Origin: a virus
Taxonomy: Duplodnaviria > Caudoviricetes
IMG/VR virus record: IMGVR_UViG_3300036856_000017
Location: 1-45,754 of that record
Reading direction: 5' to 3' (one strand)
DNA length: 45,754 bases
Position numbers and translations under genes: made by a program. Below are positions 33,400-41,626 of the stretch, piece after piece; the stretch's first letter is position 1; each line of letters opens with the position of its first letter. A model generated the notes under the pieces. The model made no database searches, was not told the DNA's origin, and saw only the letters and a program-made list of their open reading frames with translations.

Positions 33400-33873
33400 T
33401 TAGGTGATCTGGCGCGTGATGTTGCCGACGACCTTGTTCACGGCGATCTTCGCCGCCGGGCCGCCCGCGCGCATGACCGGGAAGAAGTACGGGTGCGACT
33501 CCTGAGGCACCCACACGTTGTCGTCGCCGAAGACAGGATGGCGCCACTTCTTGGTGCCTTCCATCATCGCGGGCAGCGACTTCTCCTTGTCCGGCATCTT
33601 CGCGGTGGACATGAGGATGCTGACCTGCGCGTTCCTCCCGACGGTCCGGACGCGCAGCGTGACAGCCTTCTGCAGCCTGCCGCGCAGCCCGGTCGACTTC
33701 GGGCCCTTGACCGGAATTGCGGCGATGGAAGCGCGGACAGCCGGGACAAACGGTTTGGCCACGGCGCGCAGCTCCGTCCGGAACTGCGCCGAGACCTCCT
33801 TGTCCCCGGCCTTCCGCAGCTTGCGCGATACCGTCCTCAGATCCTGGCCCGACGCGCGGATGCTGATGCTCAC
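33400..33873 (-). CDS. Tail completion/neck protein (HK97 gp10-like)
   Basis: Basic; TGLRGRL...WRHPVFG...PYFFP; GTGA-coupled to the tail tube gene. Confidence 0.65.
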   Translation of the reverse strand: MSISIRASGQDLRTVSRKLRKAGDKEVSAQFRTELRAVAKPFVPAVRASIAAIPVKGPKSTGLRGRLQKAVTLRVRTVGRNAQVSILMSTAKMPDKEKSLPAMMEGTKKWRHPVFGDDNVWVPQESHPYFFPVMRAGGPAAKIAVNKVVGNITRQIT

Positions 33874-34355
33874 GACGCCGGGATGACCACGTTCTCGATC
33901 GGCACCGCGGTGACCGCGAAGTCGACTGTGACGGTGCCCGCGTTGGTCGTGGTGACGTCCTTCGGGACGCTGGTCACCGTCACCGGGAACACGTCCATCA
34001 GGTGGCCGGGCGTGTCGCCCTCCCATAGCACGCAGACGAATCCGGCGGTGTCGCGCGGCAGCAGCTGCCGCACGTCCTGGCTGTCCTCGCTGGTGTACAT
34101 GGTGATCGACGACGACGCGGCGGTGATCTGGCCCGGGATGTCCGGGGCGAACCGGTTGGCCAGGTCCGGGACGCTGATCGTCGCCGACGCGACCGAGAAC
34201 CCGGCCATGGCGCTGATCTCGCCTGTCAGGTTCGTGCCCGCGTCCAGCTCGGCGCGGGTCGGGGCGTTCTTGTTCGCGATCGCTGGCACCCAGTACACCT
34301 CGCGTGTACCGGGCGGGTAATAGCGTGTGCTCGCGGCTAGAGGCGTGGCTACCAC
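33870..34355 (-). CDS. Major tail (tube) protein
   Basis: WVPAIA...APTRAELDAGTNLT...GF...DVFPV; AGGAG RBS. Confidence 0.85.
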   Translation of the reverse strand: MVATPLAASTRYYPPGTREVYWVPAIANKNAPTRAELDAGTNLTGEISAMAGFSVASATISVPDLANRFAPDIPGQITAASSSITMYTSEDSQDVRQLLPRDTAGFVCVLWEGDTPGHLMDVFPVTVTSVPKDVTTTNAGTVTVDFAVTAVPIENVVIPAS

Positions 34356-34358
34356 GGC

Positions 34359-34682
34359 TTATTCTCCTGTCTCGTTCTGCCCGCCCGGCGGCGGGACGTC
34401 TTGCGGGGAAGGATCTGCGGGCGGGGACTGCGGGATGCCGTACGTGCCGGTCACCGGGTCGGGCACCGCGGGCGCGGGGTCAGGCGCGGGCGCCGCGGGC
34501 TGCGGGAGATCCTGCGGCGCCGTCGTCGTCGGCGCTGGCTGCACGGGCTGCGGCGGCGGCGCGGGCTTCGGCGGTGCGATCTCTGTCCAGCCGCTGCGCA
34601 GGTGATGGGCGAGCGCCGAGCGGGCGATCCGCGCCCGCAGGCGGGTGACCGGATGCTCAACCCAGGTCCAGTCGCCGTCCAT
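34359..34682 (-). CDS. Small protein with Pro-rich tail
   Basis: Short domain ending SGWTEI then Pro/Ala/Thr/Gln low complexity; TGATG coupling. Confidence 0.72.
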   Translation of the reverse strand: MDGDWTWVEHPVTRLRARIARSALAHHLRSGWTEIAPPKPAPPPQPVQPAPTTTAPQDLPQPAAPAPDPAPAVPDPVTGTYGIPQSPPADPSPQDVPPPGGQNETGE

Positions 34683-35020
34683 CAGGACGCCCGGATCACG
34701 GCGACGTCCACGGACGTGACGGCGTCGTAAGTGAACGTCGCCAGGCCGGTGGTCGGCGACTTGTAGAGGTCCAGCAGCGGGATGAAGCCGGTGTCGCCAG
34801 CGGGCACGACTACCGCCCGCGACGCGACAGACAGGCTGTCAATCGTCTCCGGGACGGCCAGCGTCACCGTGTGCGGGGCCGAGTCGCCGTTCTTGACCAG
34901 GAGCACGACGCCGGAGCCAGTCGGGGCCTTGTCGCCGCCGGACGCGGTCGCCGCGGCGTAGTCCGACGTGCCCAGCGAGAGGCCCCCGTGGGGGATCACC
35001 TTGACCGGGAGAGTTGCCAT
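34682..35020 (-). CDS. Beta-rich virion protein, possible decoration protein
   Basis: GAAAGG RBS; LLVKNG....TVTL...VVVPAG. Confidence 0.7.
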   Translation of the reverse strand: MATLPVKVIPHGGLSLGTSDYAAATASGGDKAPTGSGVVLLVKNGDSAPHTVTLAVPETIDSLSVASRAVVVPAGDTGFIPLLDLYKSPTTGLATFTYDAVTSVDVAVIRAS

Positions 35021-35112
35021 TGAGAGCCTTTCAGGGTAGGTAGCTGCGCCGGTGAACCACCGGACGGCGGGGCGCGTCTTACTGACCGGGAGCACGGAAG
35101 GACGGGGCGATC

Positions 35113-35361
35113 ATGAGCGATAGCGGAACGGACGACAGGAACCGGCTTAGCGGCTGGGCGGTGCTGGTCATCGCGGTCATCTGCACGGCGTACTGGCTGA
35201 CGCGGGCCGGAGTGCTCAGCAGCGAGCTGGCGGTCATCCTCGGCGCAGCGGCGGCCGCGGTGATCCTTGCGGTAGGCGGGACGGTCAGGAGCCGGGCGCG
35301 CCGCAGGCGGGAGCTGAACGGACGGCTCGCCGCCGCCATGCGCCGGGCCGCGGAGCGCTAG
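35113..35361 (+). CDS. Two-TM protein on the opposite strand inside the virion operon
   Basis: Two hydrophobic helices and a basic tail; purine-rich upstream; fills a gap; stop overlaps the neighbour's stop (CTAG). Confidence 0.6.
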   Translation: MSDSGTDDRNRLSGWAVLVIAVICTAYWLTRAGVLSSELAVILGAAAAAVILAVGGTVRSRARRRRELNGRLAAAMRRAAER

Positions 35362-35849
35362 CGCCTCGTCCAGCCATCGCACACGACCTCGAACATGATG
35401 TTGACGAGCGCGCCCCGCGAGGTCTGCGACCGCGTCGTTGCGTGATTGCCCAAGCTCGCCATCGCCACCGCGCCGCCGAGCTTCTTGTCCGCCGCCACCG
35501 CCGCGCCGACCGCCGCCAGCAGGTCGTACGCGCGGGCCGTGGCCGCGGTGACATCCTTGTCTCCGTTCAGGACGGCGATCAGGCTCCGGATCGGGTACTG
35601 CTCCCGTACCGGCAGCAGGGCCAGATTCGCGTCCAGCGTCGCGGTCACGTCGATCTCGGGCTGCTCCGGCTCCGGGTACGCGCCCGTACGGGACATCGTC
35701 TCTCCGGTGAAGCCGACCATGATGACCTCGAGCGCAGTGCTCTCGCTGACCGCCGGGCCGTCGTAGACCTCGACGCCCTCCAGCTCCTGCGCCTTCAGCG
35801 CGGCCACCAGGCCCGCGATGGCGCCCGGGACGGTCGACGCCCACGCCAT
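35358..35849 (-). CDS. Tail terminator-like head-tail protein
   Basis: VEVYDGP motif; position; TGATG coupling. Confidence 0.7.
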   Translation of the reverse strand: MAWASTVPGAIAGLVAALKAQELEGVEVYDGPAVSESTALEVIMVGFTGETMSRTGAYPEPEQPEIDVTATLDANLALLPVREQYPIRSLIAVLNGDKDVTAATARAYDLLAAVGAAVAADKKLGGAVAMASLGNHATTRSQTSRGALVNIMFEVVCDGWTRR

Positions 35850-36670
35850 CAGGCCACCGCCGGACGGGGCGGCCCGAGCCACTCGCGGACCTTGCGGGGC
35901 AGCATGAACATCTGCTTGAAGTCCCCGGCCTCCTCAGGCCCGATGACGCCGCCGCCGATGACGCCCGGGCCGCGCTGCGTCTCCCATACGTGCTGCAGCA
36001 GCACCTCTCCGGCCTGCTGCAGGTTGTAGGGGATCACCCGGTAGCCCGCCGTGTAGGCGTAGTTCAGGTGGCCCGCCAGCGACTGCCCCCGGTACAGCTT
36101 CACGATCCCGGTGTCCGGGTCGGGCGGGATCACGTCTGTGGTCACGTCCCACGTGTGCGTGCCGTCCCAGCGGGCGAGGGAATCCAGGCTGATCACCGGC
36201 AGCCGCCACAGGCGCAGCCGCGACGGGTGATGATTCTCCTCGGCCGTGACCGTGAACTGCCTCGCGACGATGACCTCATTTTTCTCGCGCTCCAGCACCT
36301 CGGTCATGCCTGCCAGCCACCAGCGCAGCTCCTCATCCGCAGAGGTGCTGGTGATGCCGAGGAACTGCTTCGCGTCCGTCAGCGACACGATGGACGGCAG
36401 CGTTGAGTCGTCGGCGACCTCGAGCACGTCGGCATAGGCGGCGGCCGGGCCGGTCGCGAGCCATTGCAGGACGTGGCGGCCCGCCATGGACGGCGTGAAG
36501 CTAGCCGTGTACGAGCCGATGACCGCGGGCGGGTTCGGGACCGTCGCCTGCACGGAGGTGCCGTCCGGCTGCGTGACCGTCAGCGTGACGGTGCTCGCGT
36601 TCGCCGGGTTCCCGTCCGCGTCATAGACGCGGAACGGCTCGGCCTCGACGGTATCGCCGACGTCAATCAC
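35849..36670 (-). CDS. Head-tail adaptor with N-terminal Ig-like extension
   Basis: IVSLTDAKQFLGI...DEEL, YTAGY..IP, HVWETQRG; beta-rich first ~85 aa. Confidence 0.82.
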   Translation of the reverse strand: MIDVGDTVEAEPFRVYDADGNPANASTVTLTVTQPDGTSVQATVPNPPAVIGSYTASFTPSMAGRHVLQWLATGPAAAYADVLEVADDSTLPSIVSLTDAKQFLGITSTSADEELRWWLAGMTEVLEREKNEVIVARQFTVTAEENHHPSRLRLWRLPVISLDSLARWDGTHTWDVTTDVIPPDPDTGIVKLYRGQSLAGHLNYAYTAGYRVIPYNLQQAGEVLLQHVWETQRGPGVIGGGVIGPEEAGDFKQMFMLPRKVREWLGPPRPAVA

Positions 36671-36993
36671 TTCGCCGGAGCCGCCGGGGGCTGCGCGGGA
36701 GCCGGTGTCGCGGCCGGAACGGGCGCAGGGGGCGCTGCTGGAGCCGGAGCAGGAGCGGCCGGAGCGGGCGCTGGGACCTCCGCAGGCGGGGGCGTGGCGG
36801 CCTTCGCGGGCGCCGCCTTGGGCTCGGGCTCGACGTCGAAATCGACGGCGAGCGGGGCGAACAGGTGCGGGTATGACTCCAGCACCGAAGCGCCGGCGCA
36901 GGCGATCATGCCCGGGGTGATGGCCGTCCGCGTGCCGTTCAGGGTGATGACTGCCCCCTGCTGCGCGACGAACAGGTCATTCGCTGCTGCCAT
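36667..36993 (-). CDS. Small protein with Pro/Ala-rich tail
   Basis: GAGAGGA RBS; YPHLFAPL then (PA)n. Confidence 0.75.
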   Translation of the reverse strand: MAAANDLFVAQQGAVITLNGTRTAITPGMIACAGASVLESYPHLFAPLAVDFDVEPEPKAAPAKAATPPPAEVPAPAPAAPAPAPAAPPAPVPAATPAPAQPPAAPAK

Positions 36994-37004
36994 GGTCGGT
37001 CCTC

Positions 37005-37724
37005 TCATGCTGCCTGCTCGCGCAGCGCGCGGACAGTGGCTATGTCGGCTGCCATCCGGGCAGACCGCCAGTGCTCGTATGCCTGCTGGTCGCGGGCGCC
37101 GCCTGCTTCCGCTTCCGCATAGGTGGCATCCCTGGTGGCCAGCTGCGGCCGGGTGAGGTAGTGGACGTGCTCGATGACCACGCCCGGAACGTACGCCAGG
37201 CAGCCCGCGCCCCTGGCGATGTCGGCCCACACGTTGTCCACGTAGAAGTGGTTCAGCGTCGGCTCGCACATCCACCCGAGCGACCGGACGATGTCCGCCG
37301 AGATGACGGCGGCCTCGGGGATGTCGCTGCGCCGCTTGTCATCCGGGTAGGCGATGCCCGTGCCGCCCATCGCGTCAAGAGCAGCCAGCAGGAGCGAATC
37401 CCAGCCCTCAGTGCGCGGCACGTGGTCATCGCCCAGTGACGCCAGCGCCCGGAACCGCTGCGTGGCAAGCGGCGGCGTGAAGCAGCTCCCCGCCAGGAAG
37501 TTGGTCCAGGCCGCGAGGCCCCTGCGCGGGCCGAACTGCACGATGATCCCGGCCGCTGGATCTCTGATCGACGCGTATTCGGCTGCGGCCGGGTCGTCGA
37601 GGTCCGCGCCGATGAGGAACGTCGTGTCGGCCGTCGCCAGGCGCCGCGCCTCGCCGAGCATGTGCGCCAGGCGCTCCGGGCGCCCTCGCGACGGGACGAT
37701 TACGGCCAGGTCCCCTAGGGGCAC
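37005..37724 (-). CDS. GT-A fold (GT2-like) glycosyltransferase
   Basis: LAVIVPSRGRP, LGDDH acidic motif, HFYVDN, IEHVH. Confidence 0.87.
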   Translation of the reverse strand: MPLGDLAVIVPSRGRPERLAHMLGEARRLATADTTFLIGADLDDPAAAEYASIRDPAAGIIVQFGPRRGLAAWTNFLAGSCFTPPLATQRFRALASLGDDHVPRTEGWDSLLLAALDAMGGTGIAYPDDKRRSDIPEAAVISADIVRSLGWMCEPTLNHFYVDNVWADIARGAGCLAYVPGVVIEHVHYLTRPQLATRDATYAEAEAGGARDQQAYEHWRSARMAADIATVRALREQAA

Positions 37725-38857
37725 AGTCTTTCCTCCAGGATGTCCAGGACCGGCTTCCAGTGCTCGGCGGTGACACGGTCCGCGTCGTAGGCCAGCGCGT
37801 GCTCCCGCGCCTTCGCCGACTTCGCGTGATAGGGCGCGCCGCGCTCATAGGCTCGCTCGTAGATCTTCGCCACGTCCGCGATCCGCGGCGTCCGCCACCA
37901 GGCGGCATGCAGCGGAGACCACTCCGGCTCGCCCGGCACCTTCCATCCGCATCCGACCTCGGACATCGCGCTGCCGGCAGTGACGACGGTGGGGACCCCG
38001 CACGCCTGCGCCTCCATTATCGCGACACCGAACCCCTCAGCCCTGGAGCACCCGCTGTACAGGTCCCAGGCGGCCGTGGTCGCGGCTATCTGCTCTGCGG
38101 TCAGCATGCCGGCCGTCATCGCGTACTCATCGCTCCACGCGACGGCGCCGCCGATGCCGAGGTCGCGGGCGATGCCCTTCAGGTTGATGCCGCGGTCATC
38201 CTTGGCGATCGTGTGCGCGTACAGCAGCGTGTCCGGGTGCTTCTTGTGCAGCCGCGCGAACGCCGCCAGCTGAACCGTCCACGCCTTGCGGTCCGACTTC
38301 GACGCGTTGGCCGCGTTCATGCCGATCACGAACCGGCCGGCGAACGCGTCCGGACGATCGTCGCCCGGGCCGAACACCGCGGTATCCACGCCGTGCGGCA
38401 CGTACAGCGCGTTATGGCCGGACCGGACAAGCATCCGGGTGCCATGGCGCGACATCGCGATGGGCACGCCGCCCGTCGCCGTCAGCGCCAGGTGGTCGCG
38501 CAGGCTCATCCCGCGCGCCTGGAGGCCGTCGCCGTCGTCGGTGTCGACGGGCATCCAGTGCGCCAGCGGCAAGTCCTTCAGCGGCTCGGGGTCCATCGCC
38601 CAGACGTCGCCCAGCGTGATGACGATGTCCGCGCCAAAGTGCCTCGCGTGCCCCGACAGGACGTCGCTGCCGTACGGGTGACGGCCCGACGGGTAGACGG
38701 TGTGGCCGTGCCACTCGCCGACCGCGCCTGTCTGGCCGTAGAACGCCGAGATGGCGACCTCGTGGCCGAGGGCGGCGATACGGGGCACGAACAGCGCGGT
38801 CTGCTGGCCGTAGCCGGTGCCGACCGCGGGGGAATTGGAATGCCAGAGGATTTTCAC
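37715..38857 (-). CDS. GT-B fold (GT4-like) glycosyltransferase
   Basis: MKILW.S..P...TGYG, VPHGVDT, RKAW, EGFGVAIMEAQACGVP (EX7E). Confidence 0.92.
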   Translation of the reverse strand: MKILWHSNSPAVGTGYGQQTALFVPRIAALGHEVAISAFYGQTGAVGEWHGHTVYPSGRHPYGSDVLSGHARHFGADIVITLGDVWAMDPEPLKDLPLAHWMPVDTDDGDGLQARGMSLRDHLALTATGGVPIAMSRHGTRMLVRSGHNALYVPHGVDTAVFGPGDDRPDAFAGRFVIGMNAANASKSDRKAWTVQLAAFARLHKKHPDTLLYAHTIAKDDRGINLKGIARDLGIGGAVAWSDEYAMTAGMLTAEQIAATTAAWDLYSGCSRAEGFGVAIMEAQACGVPTVVTAGSAMSEVGCGWKVPGEPEWSPLHAAWWRTPRIADVAKIYERAYERGAPYHAKSAKAREHALAYDADRVTAEHWKPVLDILEERLCP

Positions 38858-38874
38858 GGGATCTCCGGTAGGTC

Positions 38875-38909
38875 CCGGCCGGGGAAGGGGGACACCTCCC
38901 CGGCCGGGC
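38875..38909 (-). terminator. Stem-loop after the major capsid gene
   Basis: CCCGGCCGGGGA...TCCCCGGCCGGG. Confidence 0.7.
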
Positions 38910-38914
38910 GCTGG

Positions 38915-41626
38915 TTACCTGGTCTGCAGGAAACGGAAGGCGTTCGGCACGAGCACCTGGGAGGAGTTCCTCCACAGGGCGTAGATGCCGCGCTCGCCCT
39001 GCGGCATCGCGGGGGTACCGGCGGAGGCGCCGGTCGCGAACACGTGCGGCACGAGCTCCACGCTCATCCCGATCCGGTCGACGATAATGAAGTGCCTGAA
39101 GTCGCCGAGGACCAGGATCTGGCTGCCGGACGTGAGGACGCCCGCCATGTTGGAGTTCTGGTAGGCGCTATAGCCGAGCAGTTCCGCTGGCTGGCCCTGG
39201 GACGGGCGCGACCACGGGTCCCCGGCAGACGATGCCAGCTGGGTGAACGTCTGGCGGATGGTGTTGTATCCGGTCTTGGAGGCCAGCATCACGGCCTGAT
39301 CGATGAACCGGGGCGGGATCGCGTCCTCCAGCGCGTACACGTCGCCCGGCGCGACCGCGGCGGTCCCGGCGGTCGTCACCTGCTGCGCCGTGCCCGCGAT
39401 GCCGGTCATGACGCCCTGCGGAATGTCGCCGGTCCCGGCGCCGGTCAGGAACGTGGTTGCTTCCTCCACGTCCTTGGCGTCGGCGAGCATCATGGCGATC
39501 TCCGCCATGAGGCCGTTCCAGTCCTGTTCCGTCTCGATCGAGAACGGAACGAATGCCTGGACGCGGGTCGGCGCGACGCCGGGCTGTCCCAGGGTCGGGG
39601 CGCCGTCGCTGGCAGCCGCCAGCTCGTTCGAGCGGGTCACCGTGATGCCCGCGCTGGTGACGCCCTGCCATTCCTTGCCGACGATCTGCTCCACGCGCGA
39701 AATGGTCCGCAGCGCGTTGATCGCGCCGCTGGACGTCAGGATCACCGTCGGGTCCAGCTGGTACGGCACCGGGTAGGAGCCGGGCGACCACGACGCCGGG
39801 GTGCCCTGCTGGAGTGCCCGCTGCTCAGCCTGCCCCAGCATCGCCGGGTTCTGCGAGATCAGCAGCTTGCCGAACGCGCTGCGGTACTCCGGCGAGCCGG
39901 TCAGCAGCATGTTCCGCGCCAGCGTGTCCGGCTCATCGACCTTGGCGATCAGCCGCTCCAGGCGCCCCTTCACCGCGGCGTCATCCTCGGGCGCACCCGG
40001 GAACGTCGCCTCGTCGATCGACCACTTGGCCCGCTCGCGGTACACGCGGCCAAGGTCGTCCAGGCTGCGCGCCTCACTGCGCGCCGAGGCCACGTCGTAG
40101 AGGTTCTCCGGACGCCCCTTGTTCAGCGCCGGGGCGCGGCCGTAGCTGCGGGTCTGGCTGCGCGAGCCGCTGTCCTGGCCGTAGCCAGCGCCCTGGTCGG
40201 CGCCGGGCACGGTCGCGGCCGGGTTCCTCTCGGCGAGGGCGGCCAGGTAGGTCGCGCGGTAGCTGACGTCTTCGATCGCCGCCTCGTGGACCTTCCGCTC
40301 CTTGTCCAGGTCGGTCCACTCGGACCGCGCGGCCTCGTCCAGGACGCCGCCGGAGAACTGGGTGTCGATCTCGGTGAAGCGGTTCTTGATCTCACCGAGT
40401 CGCGCCGCCCGCTCATCCACCGTCATCTGACGGTCACTCATAGCCCCTCCTTCAGGGGTAGTCGCTTCCTTGGTCACCGGGTGCGTGGGCGGCCCGGGCT
40501 GGACGGGCGCGGCCGGAACCGTTCCGGTGCGCTGTCCTCCCCCGCTGTCAGCGGGGTGGTCCTTGTGCCAGTCATCCATGTGCGCCTGCAAGTGCGCCTT
40601 CACCGCCGTCTCGTCACCGGCAGACAGCGGCGGGTCCAGCTGGCCGGCGCGTGCGAGCGCGGCTCGGACGCCGTTGATGTTCGCCGCGCCGGGCGTGCCG
40701 TCGGCGGCCACCATGTGGTGCGGCAGCTTCCACGAGCCGCGGGTGTCCGGCAGGTCGTCGTGGTCCGGGTCCGGGCCCGACGCGTCATACCAGGCATAGA
40801 CCGCGAGGTACTTCTCCGCGTCGGGACGCCCCTTGATGTCCGGCAGCCGCGACGTGTTCTCGCCCGCGTCCCACGGCACGTCGACGACGTCCGTGTGATG
40901 CACCGGGACGCCGGTTCGCTCATGCGCCGCGGGCGGCTCCGGGACGGCCCGCGCCTGCGGGTGGTCCACGTGGATCGTCACCGTCGTGCGCTCCGGCTGG
41001 TCGTCTTCGCCTTCCATCAGCATCTCCCTGTTGCGGACACCGACGATCGCCGCGTCCTGATAGGCCGGGAATGGCGTGGGCCCGTACTCAATGAGCGCGA
41101 TCTCCTTGCGGGTGACCAGCGTCCGCTGGCCGCTCCGGGACGGGTAATAAGGGCCGCGGTCCGGGTCGGACTGCAGGAACACGCCCGTGAACGACTGGCC
41201 GGTAATGTCGCCGTTGCGGATCGACTCGAGCACGTCATCGGCGAGCTGGGTCTTGTTGTAGCGGGAAACCGTCAGCAGGCCCGTGCCGTCCGCTCGGGGC
41301 GGCTCAACCGGGCTGCCCAGCGGGACCGATCCCCGGTCGCTCGGCGTCCCCTGCAGCGTCCGGCCGTGATGGTAGAAGACGCCGATCTTGCGCGACCTGT
41401 CCGCCACCGACCGGTCGAATGCGGGGTCGTCGATCTGCTCTTCATAGTCGCCATCGGAATCGACGATCGGGACCGGCTTCCTGAACACCGCCGCGTAGGC
41501 GACGACCGTCCGGCCGTCACCGCCCTTGGCCCGGGACAGGATCTCGATGTCCCGCAGCGGGAATGCACGCGTCGCCAGCAGCGACGAATCGCCTTCCAGT
41601 GCGCGCCGGACGCGCCCGTTACTCAT
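38915..41626 (-). CDS. HK97-type prohead protease fused in frame to the major capsid protein (internal capsid start ATG 40441)
   Basis: YAAVF...YHHG...GQSFTG...EYGPTPFPAY protease motifs; capsid region ending GDFRHFIIVDRIGM...AFRFL; GAAGGAGG RBS before ATG 40441. Confidence 0.9.
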   Translation of the reverse strand: MSNGRVRRALEGDSSLLATRAFPLRDIEILSRAKGGDGRTVVAYAAVFRKPVPIVDSDGDYEEQIDDPAFDRSVADRSRKIGVFYHHGRTLQGTPSDRGSVPLGSPVEPPRADGTGLLTVSRYNKTQLADDVLESIRNGDITGQSFTGVFLQSDPDRGPYYPSRSGQRTLVTRKEIALIEYGPTPFPAYQDAAIVGVRNREMLMEGEDDQPERTTVTIHVDHPQARAVPEPPAAHERTGVPVHHTDVVDVPWDAGENTSRLPDIKGRPDAEKYLAVYAWYDASGPDPDHDDLPDTRGSWKLPHHMVAADGTPGAANINGVRAALARAGQLDPPLSAGDETAVKAHLQAHMDDWHKDHPADSGGGQRTGTVPAAPVQPGPPTHPVTKEATTPEGGAMSDRQMTVDERAARLGEIKNRFTEIDTQFSGGVLDEAARSEWTDLDKERKVHEAAIEDVSYRATYLAALAERNPAATVPGADQGAGYGQDSGSRSQTRSYGRAPALNKGRPENLYDVASARSEARSLDDLGRVYRERAKWSIDEATFPGAPEDDAAVKGRLERLIAKVDEPDTLARNMLLTGSPEYRSAFGKLLISQNPAMLGQAEQRALQQGTPASWSPGSYPVPYQLDPTVILTSSGAINALRTISRVEQIVGKEWQGVTSAGITVTRSNELAAASDGAPTLGQPGVAPTRVQAFVPFSIETEQDWNGLMAEIAMMLADAKDVEEATTFLTGAGTGDIPQGVMTGIAGTAQQVTTAGTAAVAPGDVYALEDAIPPRFIDQAVMLASKTGYNTIRQTFTQLASSAGDPWSRPSQGQPAELLGYSAYQNSNMAGVLTSGSQILVLGDFRHFIIVDRIGMSVELVPHVFATGASAGTPAMPQGERGIYALWRNSSQVLVPNAFRFLQTR

